Shown here piece after piece: positions 37,301 through 47,233 of a DNA stretch of 64,000 nucleotides. Under the pieces are notes generated by a model. It was not told the origin of the DNA, searched no databases, and was given only the letters and a program-made list of their open reading frames with translations. A program made the position numbers and the translations under genes. Source of the stretch: a virus; IMG/VR virus record IMGVR_UViG_3300013005_000034, positions 9,652 through 73,651 of that record. One strand, written 5' to 3'. The stretch's first letter is position 1, and each line of letters opens with the position of its first letter.

Positions 37301-37387
37301 ATCAGTAGTTAAAGGCGCAACACCCCCTACCCAAGTAGAGCCATCATTCCAATTACCACCACCTGCTGCTGCTGTAATAGTAGCCAT
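34346..37387 (-). CDS. large beta-helix-like adhesin/fibre protein
   Basis: 1013 aa, T/N/G/S-rich; GNW....TW.GG..P...D start; recurring G..W.N.T motif. Confidence 0.65.
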   Translation of the reverse strand: MATITAAAGGGNWNDGSTWVGGVAPLTTDSVILNGTSGQVTVSNSRQCVDINFSGYTNTITFSANLTITGNLTRSASVFSYAGTGGIIIGGTTTQSITTANTNWDIPITIGATSPQVNLLDTFKINALLTLSSTTSPVITRNNVFDPTQEVQAFGNITIFNNGTYTGSAAIKITGTATQTLTASGNHQIRNNLTIDKSSGVLNLSGTLTYNTGTLTYVASGGTVNAGSSTLNISASTTLNTNGINWNNVTFSSSVATTITLTSDWNIIGILTINNSSTLGFSTGGNLFNPTGSLITGTSAGGGTTTLPNNITITNYSLTNTGTHIFNSNTIFITGNINITANGVIDGTTLITMSGTGTWSRTVGQVGRIVNNLTIDTLGTITISGTVTYGYLTGGKTLTYLNGTVNTSGSTLDIAGNTCTFNTSGMTWGNVSITAGTPTITLNSDFNVGGNFTTSSGGGACTINGLFNINVSGNLLIANNGETTGTSTIRINGTGSQSWTHSSTQYLSNNLIIDKTSGVLTIGANVYYRTRTLTFVASGGTVDTTTNNSRLNSNASTTFVTDGIVWNNATFSGTNPTFTLTNNFTLSGTLTLSGGGTSMTINNSDINVGGLLVTTTPSIVGSSIINFTGTGTWNHTAAGYILKNININTSGTLTLGANIYYSVNTITYISGTVDSSTNSNTLNILLSNTNTWFSVNLDTAGMSWYNIALTSSGGTARTFTLTSDLSILNTFSLTNGGVASTTTYAGNGSIICNVLQPQPSNGNAFNLNFNNTNIYTNDLLTNAFTAGTGTTMNSANLYISRNIRIGNSNLLAPFGGTVQIYYVGSGTWTTNQTVANQSISANFTINTSGVLTLSGNVYFAGANTFTYRNGKVNTKNSTLNITGNSTFVNCNKINFDDVVITAGNTITMNEFFNGSPELQTIISSTSTTNYTIAFTDNFEKIAKFVNVNNCTLSRPQQLLMLTNTKKSSTNARGTRYNNQSPNGIAKNDPSVQNQMTYSVPKYLVGDPNMTKSI

Positions 37388-37400
37388 AACTTATAATTTA

Positions 37401-37817
37401 TTAATAATCTCCTGCAAAAGCACAAGCATCAATGTTATCTGCTATTGTTGCCCAATTAGTAGAAGTAACTGAAATTTTTTCTCCTGTCTTTAAAATTATT
37501 GGTTGGTCGAAAGTGTAAATAGCAGTTGCTCCTAAGTTAGTTGCGGATTTTAATGTTCCAGCAGGAAATAAAACTTGTCCTATAAGTCGTATTGTTGCTC
37601 CTGTTGTTAAGAACATATTTACTCTTGTCGCAGTTGAGGCAGTTGTTGAAGCACCAGAGTTATTAAACCTGATGCCATCTACTCTTGCGCCATTTGCACC
37701 TGCTGTTACTACATCAACAAGTGTTCCTCCTCCGCTATTATCACTATTAGCGGCTGCTATTCTCGCAGGTGTAAAATTACCTTGAAGGATAAATATGGGT
37801 GTGGTGTTTACTGGCAT
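37401..37817 (-). CDS. small beta-rich structural protein
   Basis: N..PIF...TAG.NG.RVD.I...GDY pattern seen in fibre-region proteins. Confidence 0.6.
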   Translation of the reverse strand: MPVNTTPIFILQGNFTPARIAAANSDNSGGGTLVDVVTAGANGARVDGIRFNNSGASTTASTATRVNMFLTTGATIRLIGQVLFPAGTLKSATNLGATAIYTFDQPIILKTGEKISVTSTNWATIADNIDACAFAGDY

Positions 37818-37820
37818 CGA

Positions 37821-38084
37821 TTAAATTATTTGAGGGGGTTTGTTTTCGTTTTGATAATCTATTAGTTCTTGTTCGCTAAACTCTTTTACAGTTATAGCAA
37901 CATTATTGTTCTGCACTATTCTATTTATGTGTATTCCTTGAATACCAATAGGAGTTGCAGCTCCTTTAATTTCATAAGAGTAATACACTCCATCATCTCC
38001 CATATAGTCGCAAAGATATACAACTTCATCAGGTAATGGAACACTCTCAATTATATGCCCATCAGGCGCAGGATATGTCATCAT
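37821..38084 (-). CDS. hypothetical protein
   Basis: Operon ORF. Confidence 0.55.
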   Translation of the reverse strand: MMTYPAPDGHIIESVPLPDEVVYLCDYMGDDGVYYSYEIKGAATPIGIQGIHINRIVQNNNVAITVKEFSEQELIDYQNENKPPQII

Positions 38085-38111
38085 TTTTTATGTATTTTTT
38101 ATTTTTAAAAT

Positions 38112-38615
38112 TCAAATATAATTATAGTAATTGAATAAATTAACAGCAGGTGGAGCATAATTTTCAAATTTATTATCCACATATTCCTTTACTGCATTTT
38201 GTGTAGGATATAGAGTATTACTATTTCCTAAATTAATATCTGTTGATTTATTAGCAACATTTTCAGGGGTAAACCCTAAAGCATTTTGTTTTTCATTAAA
38301 AGTATTCCAATCAGTTGAAGATAAATAACCATCAGTCGTGTTATTTGATTGTGAAATACTAATATCGGGAGTATCACCCCCACTTGAAGATAAAGGTTCA
38401 GTTGCAGTAACATCAGTAACAGTTCCGCTTCCTCCTCCACCTCCTAATACTAACCAATTTGTGCCATTTGAATAATAATATTCTCCATTCCAATAAACAA
38501 TTCGCTTGGTATTAGAACTTGCAGGGCTTTGCGTTATATCCAAAGTATCAGCCTTTAGATTAACCACTTGGTTACTCTGCAAATCTACATTAACAAAAAA
38601 TTTTCTTTCAGACAT
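38112..38615 (-). CDS. short fibre protein
   Basis: GTVT.V...PL.SSGG.TP.IS, DGYLSSTDW.TFN.KQ and YPTQNAVK.YVD fibre motifs. Confidence 0.7.
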   Translation of the reverse strand: MSERKFFVNVDLQSNQVVNLKADTLDITQSPASSNTKRIVYWNGEYYYSNGTNWLVLGGGGGSGTVTDVTATEPLSSSGGDTPDISISQSNNTTDGYLSSTDWNTFNEKQNALGFTPENVANKSTDINLGNSNTLYPTQNAVKEYVDNKFENYAPPAVNLFNYYNYI

Positions 38616-38692
38616 TATTATTTATTTAACACAAATATATAAAAAACGAAAAAAACTAAATCAATTTAATAATTAAGTTTTTTTTTTAAAAT

Positions 38693-38718
38693 ATCCCCTC
38701 TATATTTCAAGAGGGGAT
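38693..38718 (-). terminator. intrinsic terminator
   Basis: ATCCCCTC / GAGGGGAT stem after the 38729 stop codon. Confidence 0.7.
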
Positions 38719-38728
38719 TATTTAATTT

Positions 38729-40801
38729 TTATTTAGAAACACCTACACTTACAGATGCAGGAGGAGCAATGTTAGATTTTAATATAATTGTATTAACATT
38801 ATAAAGTTCAACTGCAAATTCTACTAAATTACCTGAAACATAAGCAGATACTTTTGGAGAAGCAGATTCAATGTTATGAGCTACTTGTAAAGAGTAATAA
38901 CCTTTTACAGCATCATAAGTCCAATCAGTATCAGCAAATGTTCCACTAAATACAGCGTTACCTAATTGAGTATCTACATAGTTCTTAGTAGCAGCATCTT
39001 GAGCAGATGTTGGTTCAGGTAAGTTGTTAATAGTATTAGTATTTTGGAAGTCTAAGTTAGAAACAACATTTATAGTATCACTAACGTCTATACTGGAAAG
39101 TAAATTTGTATGAACTTCATTTCCTTTTATTTGTTCTGCATTATAAATAACATTATTACCCATGTCAATATTACCTGACATAGTACCACCTGCTAAGTCT
39201 AATTTAAGAGCAAGACCAGCATCCGCATAATCTTCTGCATTTCCCTGAGCAAGTGCAGCAGTGTCATCTACATATTTTTTAGGAGTTGCATCAGCTACAT
39301 TGATAGGAGTAGGTAAATTAGTAATAGCATTACCATTAGCATCTAATGAATCTACTAAAGATGCTGATGTTAATCCTACGCTACTAATGTTATTTCCATT
39401 AGCATTGATACTATTGTTCAAAGATATATCTTGACCAGCTATACCACTTAAACTTGCAGCAGCTATATCATTAACATTACTAATATCATAACCTCCCATG
39501 TCAATACTACCCGACATAGTACCACCTGCTAAATCTAACTTAGTAGCAGCTAAACCATCTGTATAAGAATTAGCATTTGATTGTGCAGCATCAGCTTTTG
39601 CAGTAGCATCAGCAGAAGCAGTTGCTTCAGCATTTGATTGTGCAGTTGAAGCAGCAGTATCTACATAAATCTTACTGGCAGCATCATTATCAGCAATTGG
39701 GTTTGCTAAATCCGTTACAGAATTACCACCCATCTCAATATTGCCCGACATAGTACCACCTGCTAAATCTAACTTAGTAGCAAGACCAGTGTCAGTGTAA
39801 CTATTAGCATTTGATTCTGCTGTATTAGCAGCATTTGTAGCAAATGTTTCAGCATTACTTTGAGCTGTGTTAGCAGCAGTTGTAGCAAAACTTTCAGCAT
39901 TTGATTGTGCAGCATCAGCTTTTGCAGTAGCATCAGCAGAAGCATTTGCCTCAGCATTTGATTGTGCAGTTGAAGCAGCATTATCTACATAATCTTTGTT
40001 AGCTGCATCACCTCCGTTTACTGGAGCAGGTAAATTAGTAATAGCATTACTATTAGCATCTAAAGCATTTGCTAATTTAGCATCATGAATAGGTGAAGCA
40101 TTAGTATATATATCTCCACCTTCATTTACTGTTAAACCATTAGTATTAACACCACCAGCAATAAAAGAATTAACATTACTAATATCATTACCATCCATAT
40201 CAAGACTGCCACTCATTACTTGACTGCCATTTCTTGATAATTTATCATCTGTTAAACCACTAATTGAATTATTAATGTCAGCAAGTTGAGAAGAAGCAGC
40301 AAAAGTAGCAGGAGTTAATACAACTGCACCACCTTCTGTTCCAGCATCAACCTCAGCTTGTGTAGCTAATCTTACAATACCATCTACTGAATCAGTAGCA
40401 ATAACTACATTACCTTGAATAATTAACCAATCACCAATAGAAGCACCAGCAGCATCAACTTTAGCAATTAAAGAATCACCAACTTGAACTGATTCTCCTA
40501 AGAAAGAACCTGCTGTTTCTACAACCCAAAAGAAACCTTTTAAAGCTGAACCATCTGTAATGTCTGGAGTGTTTGTTGACGCATCATAACCTGTTTGTAA
40601 AATCAAACCACCTGTTACTGCTGAAATATCAGACAAGTCAGCTACTTGTTGAACACTTGAACCATTATAGTATTCTAATCTTGTTCCATTGTACTGAAAT
40701 GAACCACCTTTGGTCATATCAGAGTTCGAACCAATCGTTGCGTTGTTTAACGCATTGCCTTGTAGATTAATATCTACAAAAAACTTTTTGTCTACTGCCA
40801 T
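38729..40801 (-). CDS. fibre protein with stalk/neck repeats
   Basis: Repeated KLDLAGGTMSG.I.MG, L..P....DAA.K.YVD and AQSNA coiled-coil units; GIVRLATQAEV. Confidence 0.75.
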   Translation of the reverse strand: MAVDKKFFVDINLQGNALNNATIGSNSDMTKGGSFQYNGTRLEYYNGSSVQQVADLSDISAVTGGLILQTGYDASTNTPDITDGSALKGFFWVVETAGSFLGESVQVGDSLIAKVDAAGASIGDWLIIQGNVVIATDSVDGIVRLATQAEVDAGTEGGAVVLTPATFAASSQLADINNSISGLTDDKLSRNGSQVMSGSLDMDGNDISNVNSFIAGGVNTNGLTVNEGGDIYTNASPIHDAKLANALDANSNAITNLPAPVNGGDAANKDYVDNAASTAQSNAEANASADATAKADAAQSNAESFATTAANTAQSNAETFATNAANTAESNANSYTDTGLATKLDLAGGTMSGNIEMGGNSVTDLANPIADNDAASKIYVDTAASTAQSNAEATASADATAKADAAQSNANSYTDGLAATKLDLAGGTMSGSIDMGGYDISNVNDIAAASLSGIAGQDISLNNSINANGNNISSVGLTSASLVDSLDANGNAITNLPTPINVADATPKKYVDDTAALAQGNAEDYADAGLALKLDLAGGTMSGNIDMGNNVIYNAEQIKGNEVHTNLLSSIDVSDTINVVSNLDFQNTNTINNLPEPTSAQDAATKNYVDTQLGNAVFSGTFADTDWTYDAVKGYYSLQVAHNIESASPKVSAYVSGNLVEFAVELYNVNTIILKSNIAPPASVSVGVSK

Positions 40802-40869
40802 TTTTTTTTGTTTTTTATTTTTTTTATTTATATTCCCTCACCATGAGGAAAATGTTTTTTTATTTTAAA

Positions 40870-41439
40870 TCAGTTACAATACACATATCCCGTTATTGCT
40901 GAATTAAATTCAACTTTAACAGTATTATTATTTAACCAAGTTATATTACCAATTATCTCTTGAAAATCATTATCTACAATCTGAACCGCACATCTTTTAT
41001 CTAAATTATGATTTACCACCCAACTACTTGCATTTGTAATTTGTTGATATACAAAATTTTTATCATTTCCTCCACCACCACCTGATGTAGTGTAAGTGAA
41101 ATTTGCGTTCCACAAGGTATCTGAAATAGGTTTTACAGTAACATTTCCATTATTTTGATTTATAACCAAATTAGAAATGTTATTAGAAAAAATTTCACCT
41201 GAATTTGTGCTAATAGTTATATTATTAACAGATGCGTTATTTGATATATCTGTAACGGTTAAATTGAATATGCTACCGCCTAAATTAAATCCTGACCTCG
41301 AATTAAAGTTTATAATATCGCTTATTTTAGGGAGTATTAGATTAATAGCACCCGAAGATGTATCACATAATATATTGACATCCGAAACAGATACATTTTG
41401 TGTACCTGCGTTTACTATTCGTGAATAAGGAAAAGTCAT
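40870..41439 (-). CDS. fibre adaptor-like protein
   Basis: DTS.G.I...LP and NNAS.NNITI motifs; C-terminal W.V.HNL domain. Confidence 0.6.
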   Translation of the reverse strand: MTFPYSRIVNAGTQNVSVSDVNILCDTSSGAINLILPKISDIINFNSRSGFNLGGSIFNLTVTDISNNASVNNITISTNSGEIFSNNISNLVINQNNGNVTVKPISDTLWNANFTYTTSGGGGGNDKNFVYQQITNASSWVVNHNLDKRCAVQIVDNDFQEIIGNITWLNNNTVKVEFNSAITGYVYCN

Positions 41440-41532
41440 TATTCTAAACTACTTTCAACAAAGTTAAGATAAAAAAAAATTGATTTTATAACTTTATCCT
41501 ATACGATAATTTAGTAAATATTGACAACAATA

Positions 41533-41922
41533 CTACTCGAAATTGTAATAGTTGAAAAGTGCATCAGAAGTGGAATTTCCTCCACCACCTGCCGTAATAC
41601 CTCCTTGTAAAGTCCAAGTATCAGCAGCTATTTTTATTAACTCACACATAGCGTATTGAGCAATTAAATCTAAAACACCGCCTTGACTATTTATTGTAAC
41701 TCCAACTCCACCATTTATAGAAGTTTGACCTGCACCTGCTTGGAGAACATATACTCTTGTTCCTAATAGAAAATCTACTGTCGCATCATTTGGAATAGTA
41801 ACCGTATTTGCACTACCTACATTCATTATAATCAAAGTAGAAGTATCAGTTTTTTGCAAAACATAACTTGCTACTTGATTATTAAGTTTTAAATTCTCGG
41901 TTTGTAAAAATTCTAAAGACAT
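41533..41922 (-). CDS. fibre-associated protein, paralog of the 33458-34330 N-terminus
   Basis: High similarity to that N-domain; C-terminus LFNYYNFE. Confidence 0.65.
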   Translation of the reverse strand: MSLEFLQTENLKLNNQVASYVLQKTDTSTLIIMNVGSANTVTIPNDATVDFLLGTRVYVLQAGAGQTSINGGVGVTINSQGGVLDLIAQYAMCELIKIAADTWTLQGGITAGGGGNSTSDALFNYYNFE

Positions 41923-41937
41923 TTTTTATTTTTTAAA

Positions 41938-44370
41938 TTACCAAGCGACTTCTTCAAAATAAACACTTGCTACAATTCTAAAAGTTGAGCCATTTGCTGT
42001 TGTTGGAGCAACCATTGTTAATTGTAAATCATTACTTCCACCAACTGCGTAAGTTAAATCAGATGTACTCATAGTTGCATCTGATTGATTTGCAACTCTT
42101 GTTTGTACGCCACTTATACTTGAAGTTCCACCAACACGTTTAAAGAAAAATGTATCAGTTGCATATTTAACATCTCCAACAATAACTGTACCTGTACCAA
42201 CTGATGTTGCAACCATAACCCACTTAACCATTACGTTCCAAGCTCTATTATTTCCGTTTGGTAAAATTGTTTGAGAAGTACCATCAAGATATAATATAGA
42301 TGTTCCTGCTGAATTTAATGTAGCTAATTTTCTTGCAATAACTTTTGAAGATTGAGCATCACCAACAGATGCGAAAAATCCACTTGAATAAGCGTTTTGA
42401 GAATATAAATAAGAGTAACCACCGTAGCCACCACTAATTGTAGAATAAGTACACGAAGCTGTGTTTAGATAACCACCACCTATTGTAGAAGTACAACCCG
42501 ATGAATTATTGCAATAACCTCCACTTATTGTTGAATAATTGCCTGATGCTGTATTAAAATATCCAGCTCCAATGAATGAACCAATACCCGATGCGTTATT
42601 ATTATATCCACCGCTTATAGTCGAATACTGTTGTGTTGTCAAATTTTGAAATCCACCTCCAATAGTTGAATATTTACCTGCATTACAAATTGTTGGTGCT
42701 ACTGAAAAACAATTATTTGTGCTATCCCAAGTACCTCCTGTCGTATTATTTCCAACGCCACCTGATACTGTTGCTCCTACGGAATAACATCCACTTGTTG
42801 AATTACAAATATTATTACATTGACCACCTCCAACAAAAGAATAGAAACCTTGTACTAAATTCGCATAACCTCCACTAATTGTTGAAATAATCCCTGATGC
42901 TGTATTACAAATACCACCCGATATAGTGCTTATCTCACCCGAAGCCACGTTATTTGCTCCGCCACCTATTGTACCGCAAGAGCAACTCGCTGTATTTCCA
43001 TTACCACCCGATATTGTCGTGTTTGCTGCCGATGCTATATTACCTTCACCGCCACCTATAACACTTGCAATTCCTGAAACTGTATTGCCATAACCACCAC
43101 TAATAGTCGAACGATAAATAGTAACCGAATTAGCTGAACCTCCACCTATCGTTGATGTATAACAAGAAATTATATTGTTATAACCACCCGAAATTGTAGA
43201 AAATGCTGCTATATTTGATACGCCACCATCTACACAATTTGCATAACCACCCGATATTGTATTAGATGATGTACTACATTGAATAAGGTTTTTATATCCC
43301 CCCGAAACTGTATTGTTCCCTACAATATATGTTTTTCCACCAGTATAAGGAGTTGAATTAGTACATATACAATTTTGATAACCACCGCCTATAACATTAG
43401 GTAAACAAGCAACTATTTCACAATATGGAGTTGCTGCACATATTTTATTTTGAAAACCACCAAAAATTGAAGAGTATTTATAATCTATAAGATTTGAATC
43501 CCCTCCTCCTATTGAAGAATATAAACCCGATGCAGTATTTTGACGACCTCCGTTAATTGTTGAGTAATTTGCTGACGCTGAATTATTACGACCACCTGCA
43601 ATGTTTGAATAATTACCCGATGAAGTATTTGCGAATCCACCTGCAACTGTTGAAAAACAAGCACTTGAAATATTCCCACTTCCACCACCTATGGTAGCAT
43701 AATTAGCGGATGAAGTATTACAATATCCACCACTTATGGTAGTGTAATTACAACTTGAATTATTATTTCGACCACCACTTATTGAAGAATATACACCCGA
43801 TGCTGTATTCCCACATCCTCCACCTATTGTAGCATAGTTTTGATTTGAAGTATTATTAGCTCCTCCCCCTACATTAGCAAATAAACTTGATGCTGTGTTA
43901 AAACAGCCACCACTAATTGTAGTATAAGGTTTAGTTGCTGAATTAGAATAACCTCCACTAACGATTGTATAATCACAACTTGATATATTGTTATATCCGC
44001 CACTAATAGTTGAGTAAACACCTGATGCAGTATTTCCACGACCTCCGCCAATGGTTGATAGATTACATGATGCTATATTATTATATCCTCCACTAACTGT
44101 TGTATAATCACAAGATGCAGTGTTACCTCTACCGCCACTTACAGTTGAGGAATAGTTTGATGATGTATTCTGATACCCTCCTCCAACGCTTGAATAATTA
44201 CCCGATGCAGTATTATTAACTCCTAAAGCTGTTGAATAAATTCCCGAAGAACTATTACTATTCCCACAACGATATGAACTACCTGAACCTGCTCCAAGCA
44301 AAATAACAGCATTTCCACCGCCACCGCCTCCACCCGAAGTTCCTGTCCATCCAAAATTTGAAATTTCCAT
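41938..44370 (-). CDS. beta-roll repeat adhesin/fibre protein
   Basis: Dozens of ~15-aa N.AS..YSTI.GG repeats; Cys-rich. Confidence 0.72.
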   Translation of the reverse strand: MEISNFGWTGTSGGGGGGGNAVILLGAGSGSSYRCGNSNSSSGIYSTALGVNNTASGNYSSVGGGYQNTSSNYSSTVSGGRGNTASCDYTTVSGGYNNIASCNLSTIGGGRGNTASGVYSTISGGYNNISSCDYTIVSGGYSNSATKPYTTISGGCFNTASSLFANVGGGANNTSNQNYATIGGGCGNTASGVYSSISGGRNNNSSCNYTTISGGYCNTSSANYATIGGGSGNISSACFSTVAGGFANTSSGNYSNIAGGRNNSASANYSTINGGRQNTASGLYSSIGGGDSNLIDYKYSSIFGGFQNKICAATPYCEIVACLPNVIGGGYQNCICTNSTPYTGGKTYIVGNNTVSGGYKNLIQCSTSSNTISGGYANCVDGGVSNIAAFSTISGGYNNIISCYTSTIGGGSANSVTIYRSTISGGYGNTVSGIASVIGGGEGNIASAANTTISGGNGNTASCSCGTIGGGANNVASGEISTISGGICNTASGIISTISGGYANLVQGFYSFVGGGQCNNICNSTSGCYSVGATVSGGVGNNTTGGTWDSTNNCFSVAPTICNAGKYSTIGGGFQNLTTQQYSTISGGYNNNASGIGSFIGAGYFNTASGNYSTISGGYCNNSSGCTSTIGGGYLNTASCTYSTISGGYGGYSYLYSQNAYSSGFFASVGDAQSSKVIARKLATLNSAGTSILYLDGTSQTILPNGNNRAWNVMVKWVMVATSVGTGTVIVGDVKYATDTFFFKRVGGTSSISGVQTRVANQSDATMSTSDLTYAVGGSNDLQLTMVAPTTANGSTFRIVASVYFEEVAW

Positions 44371-44389
44371 TTAATAAGTTTTAATAAGT

Positions 44390-44662
44390 TTAACGAGCAA
44401 TTATTTCAATAGTTCCGCCAGTCGCATCAATTATAAATTCACTAATGTATTTAGATTGTTCTGAACTTACTGTTACAGGCTCACCAACTACAAGTGGAAT
44501 TGGAGCTGAACTTATAGCGCCTAAAGGCTTTGTTCCTGAATATGTACCTGCACCTGCTGTTAATTTTAAAGCAACTGCTGTAATACCAAATTCTTCATTT
44601 ATAGTTAAAGTACCTGCTGATAAAACGTAGGTAAATATTGGTTGTTTCTTATCAAAACTCAT
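44390..44662 (-). CDS. small beta-rich structural protein
   Basis: Clean ORF upstream of the fibre genes. Confidence 0.6.
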   Translation of the reverse strand: MSFDKKQPIFTYVLSAGTLTINEEFGITAVALKLTAGAGTYSGTKPLGAISSAPIPLVVGEPVTVSSEQSKYISEFIIDATGGTIEIIAR

Positions 44663-44688
44663 TTTTATTTTATTTTTTCATAAAGCGA

Positions 44689-45051
44689 TTAAATATAGTC
44701 ATCTAAATTTAATGGCTTTACTGGGTTTGTTTCTTTAAATAAATAAAGTAACGGTTCACAATCATCAGTTTTTGTGTAAATTCTTACATTTACTAAAGGT
44801 TCAGGTATTGAATTTTTTTTGGAAATAGTATCAATAATTGTATTTAACTTATTTCCTACCATAAAAGCAACTATTGAATTTAAGTTCAATGCTGTTGCGA
44901 TGTTGGTTTGCTCTAAAATTTCCGAATTTTTCATAATCTCGTATTTAAGATTATCATTTGGTTTAGAAATTTTAATTCTCAATTCCTTCTCGCTGATTTT
45001 GTGTTTGCTACTCAATGAACGAATTGCGTTTTTTAGTGTTTCCTTAATCAT
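44689..45051 (-). CDS. hypothetical protein
   Basis: ORF downstream of the promoter at 45109-45116. Confidence 0.6.
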   Translation of the reverse strand: MIKETLKNAIRSLSSKHKISEKELRIKISKPNDNLKYEIMKNSEILEQTNIATALNLNSIVAFMVGNKLNTIIDTISKKNSIPEPLVNVRIYTKTDDCEPLLYLFKETNPVKPLNLDDYI

Positions 45052-45122
45052 AGTGTCTAATTTAGTTTGATTTGATTTTTATTTTGATTTTCTTTGGTTT
45101 TCACTTGACAAATTTAACAAAT

Positions 45123-45647
45123 TTAATCACATTTTTTAGCGTTTGGATTAGGTGTTAATAATTCTTGCAATGTAACATCTTCCTCAAAAGGTATTTCTTT
45201 TAATGAAATTCCTCCTGTTTTTGCTGAAAAATATCCTTTTGTTGTTATTACAAGTTTTTCTTTGTCATAAATTATTGGTGCTATATTGGTTAAACCTGCT
45301 CTTAATAAATCTTTTGGATTAAACTCAAAGTCAAGTTTAATTGTAGTAGACGATTTGCTATAAAGCGTTTGTTTTTCTATCTTTTTAATCTTAGTTATAA
45401 ATAATTTATTTACATAAATATTAAAATTTAGATTTGAGATTTCTATTGTTAAATCACTTTCATTTACAATTTTAAAAAACAAAGTAATTTTTACGTTATC
45501 TAATCCTAATGTATGAATGATACCACCCGAAATAGTATAACAAGCATCTTTTAATAAGTTGAATTGATTTTTAAAGTATGCAATTAAACTAATTAAAGCT
45601 AAAGATATACCCCCTATTATTAATCCGTTTCTTAATCCTTTATTCAT
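45123..45647 (-). CDS. TM-anchored LEA_2/WHy-like protein
   Basis: N-terminal TM; K(I)VN.S...I.I....F.IYVN...I beta-sandwich pattern. Confidence 0.6.
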   Translation of the reverse strand: MNKGLRNGLIIGGISLALISLIAYFKNQFNLLKDACYTISGGIIHTLGLDNVKITLFFKIVNESDLTIEISNLNFNIYVNKLFITKIKKIEKQTLYSKSSTTIKLDFEFNPKDLLRAGLTNIAPIIYDKEKLVITTKGYFSAKTGGISLKEIPFEEDVTLQELLTPNPNAKKCD

Positions 45648-45685
45648 TTTTTAATTTTTTATCGAATGTTGCAAATATCGTGATT

Positions 45686-47233
45686 TTACATATCATTTTT
45701 AATCTGATAAAAGAAATCTTTTACCGAAACTTTTGATAATGGCACTAAATTATCAAATTTATTTCCATTAATCGGCTTAACTTTATTTCTAAATAAATCA
45801 AAATTATCAGTTTTTGTTAAAAGTTTTGATTTTTCAAGCTGTTGCTGAACTAAAATCAACTTAACTGACGATTGACCCTGAATAGTAAAGTTTGAAAGAG
45901 AAGTATTTGCATCTAAAGTAAAACCCCTATTACCAAAATCAATTTTTGATACTGATGCTTGGAACTGATTAACATTCAAAGACAAAGCAGGGAATTTAGG
46001 ATAGTAAAAAGCCTTACCATTTGCATCTTTTGTTGTTGCGTATATTACCTGATTTATGTTAGCAATGTTATTTGAATATAACATAAATTGCTTAACATTA
46101 ACAGGGTTGTATAGTAAATCTCTTACAAAGTCGTTATAATTAAAGCTACCACCTATGTATGTTGTTGTGGTTACAGCAGGGGAAACAAATCCCGATGTAT
46201 TATTTGAGTTATTAGCAGTATATAAAGTGTTGCTTAAATTGTTATACGCAGAAGCTATTGGGCTACCTGCCATACTTATAGTTGATGCTACTGAATTAGT
46301 TATTGCATTTATTTCAACAATCGTATTTGAAAAAAAACAAGCAACATATATTATATTTAATTGAGAATTGTATGACAAATCAAAAGGGGAAGCACCAATA
46401 GGTATTGTAGCTATTACTGTATTAGTGTTACAATCTATAACTGAAATATCATTACTGCCATTATTGCTTACATACATACAGTTATTAAATGGGCAATATT
46501 GAATATATATAGGTGAAGCACCAACGGGTATTGGTAAACCAACAACCGTATTACTAAAACAATCTATTACATAAACGCCATTCGTTAATGTATCAGGGAT
46601 ATACATAGCGTTATTTGTAGTGTTATATTCTATTCTCAATGAACTTGTAGCTAATGGTATTGTAGATATAATTGTATTTGTATTACAATCTAAAATACCA
46701 ATAACACTTGATATAAGTTGAGATACTACATAAATAGTATTATTTGTAGTGTTTAAAGCTAAACCATTTGTTCCAAAAAAAGGCAATAAAATTGTGGTAA
46801 TGTCTAAATTAGTTGCGCAATCAACAACTCTAATTTGATTATTATTAAGATATATATAAATAGTATTGTTAATACTATTATATAATACTTCTTGAGGTAT
46901 TCCTATTGTTGCGGTAGAAGTAAATATTACTGAATTTGTATTACAATCTATTACGTTAAAATCATTAGAACTTTGATTTATAACATACATAGTATTGTTC
47001 GTGGTATTGTAGGCTATATCTAATGGATTAGTTCCAACAGTAATAGGAGTTCCAACAACACTCGGAGGTAAAGTTGGTGCAGGTACGGTTTGAACATTTG
47101 TCAAAGTTGTTGTATTAAATAAATCATAACTTACAGGCAAACCAGTAGCATTAACTAAATCAAATTCAGTCAAATAATACTGATTTTGATTTATGCCATA
47201 CTTTTCTCCCTCTGTTTTATTAATTATACTCAT
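45686..47233 (-). CDS. structural protein with inserted YVTN-type beta-propeller
   Basis: Repeats G..P....Y...NN..YV.N..SN...VID; flanking segments homologous to 54977-55759. Confidence 0.72.
   Translation of the reverse strand: MSIINKTEGEKYGINQNQYYLTEFDLVNATGLPVSYDLFNTTTLTNVQTVPAPTLPPSVVGTPITVGTNPLDIAYNTTNNTMYVINQSSNDFNVIDCNTNSVIFTSTATIGIPQEVLYNSINNTIYIYLNNNQIRVVDCATNLDITTILLPFFGTNGLALNTTNNTIYVVSQLISSVIGILDCNTNTIISTIPLATSSLRIEYNTTNNAMYIPDTLTNGVYVIDCFSNTVVGLPIPVGASPIYIQYCPFNNCMYVSNNGSNDISVIDCNTNTVIATIPIGASPFDLSYNSQLNIIYVACFFSNTIVEINAITNSVASTISMAGSPIASAYNNLSNTLYTANNSNNTSGFVSPAVTTTTYIGGSFNYNDFVRDLLYNPVNVKQFMLYSNNIANINQVIYATTKDANGKAFYYPKFPALSLNVNQFQASVSKIDFGNRGFTLDANTSLSNFTIQGQSSVKLILVQQQLEKSKLLTKTDNFDLFRNKVKPINGNKFDNLVPLSKVSVKDFFYQIKNDM

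Noticed and set aside
39170-39980. DNA repeats inside the 690-aa fibre gene as a separate element
   Set aside because: Fully explained by in-frame duplication of fibre stalk repeats
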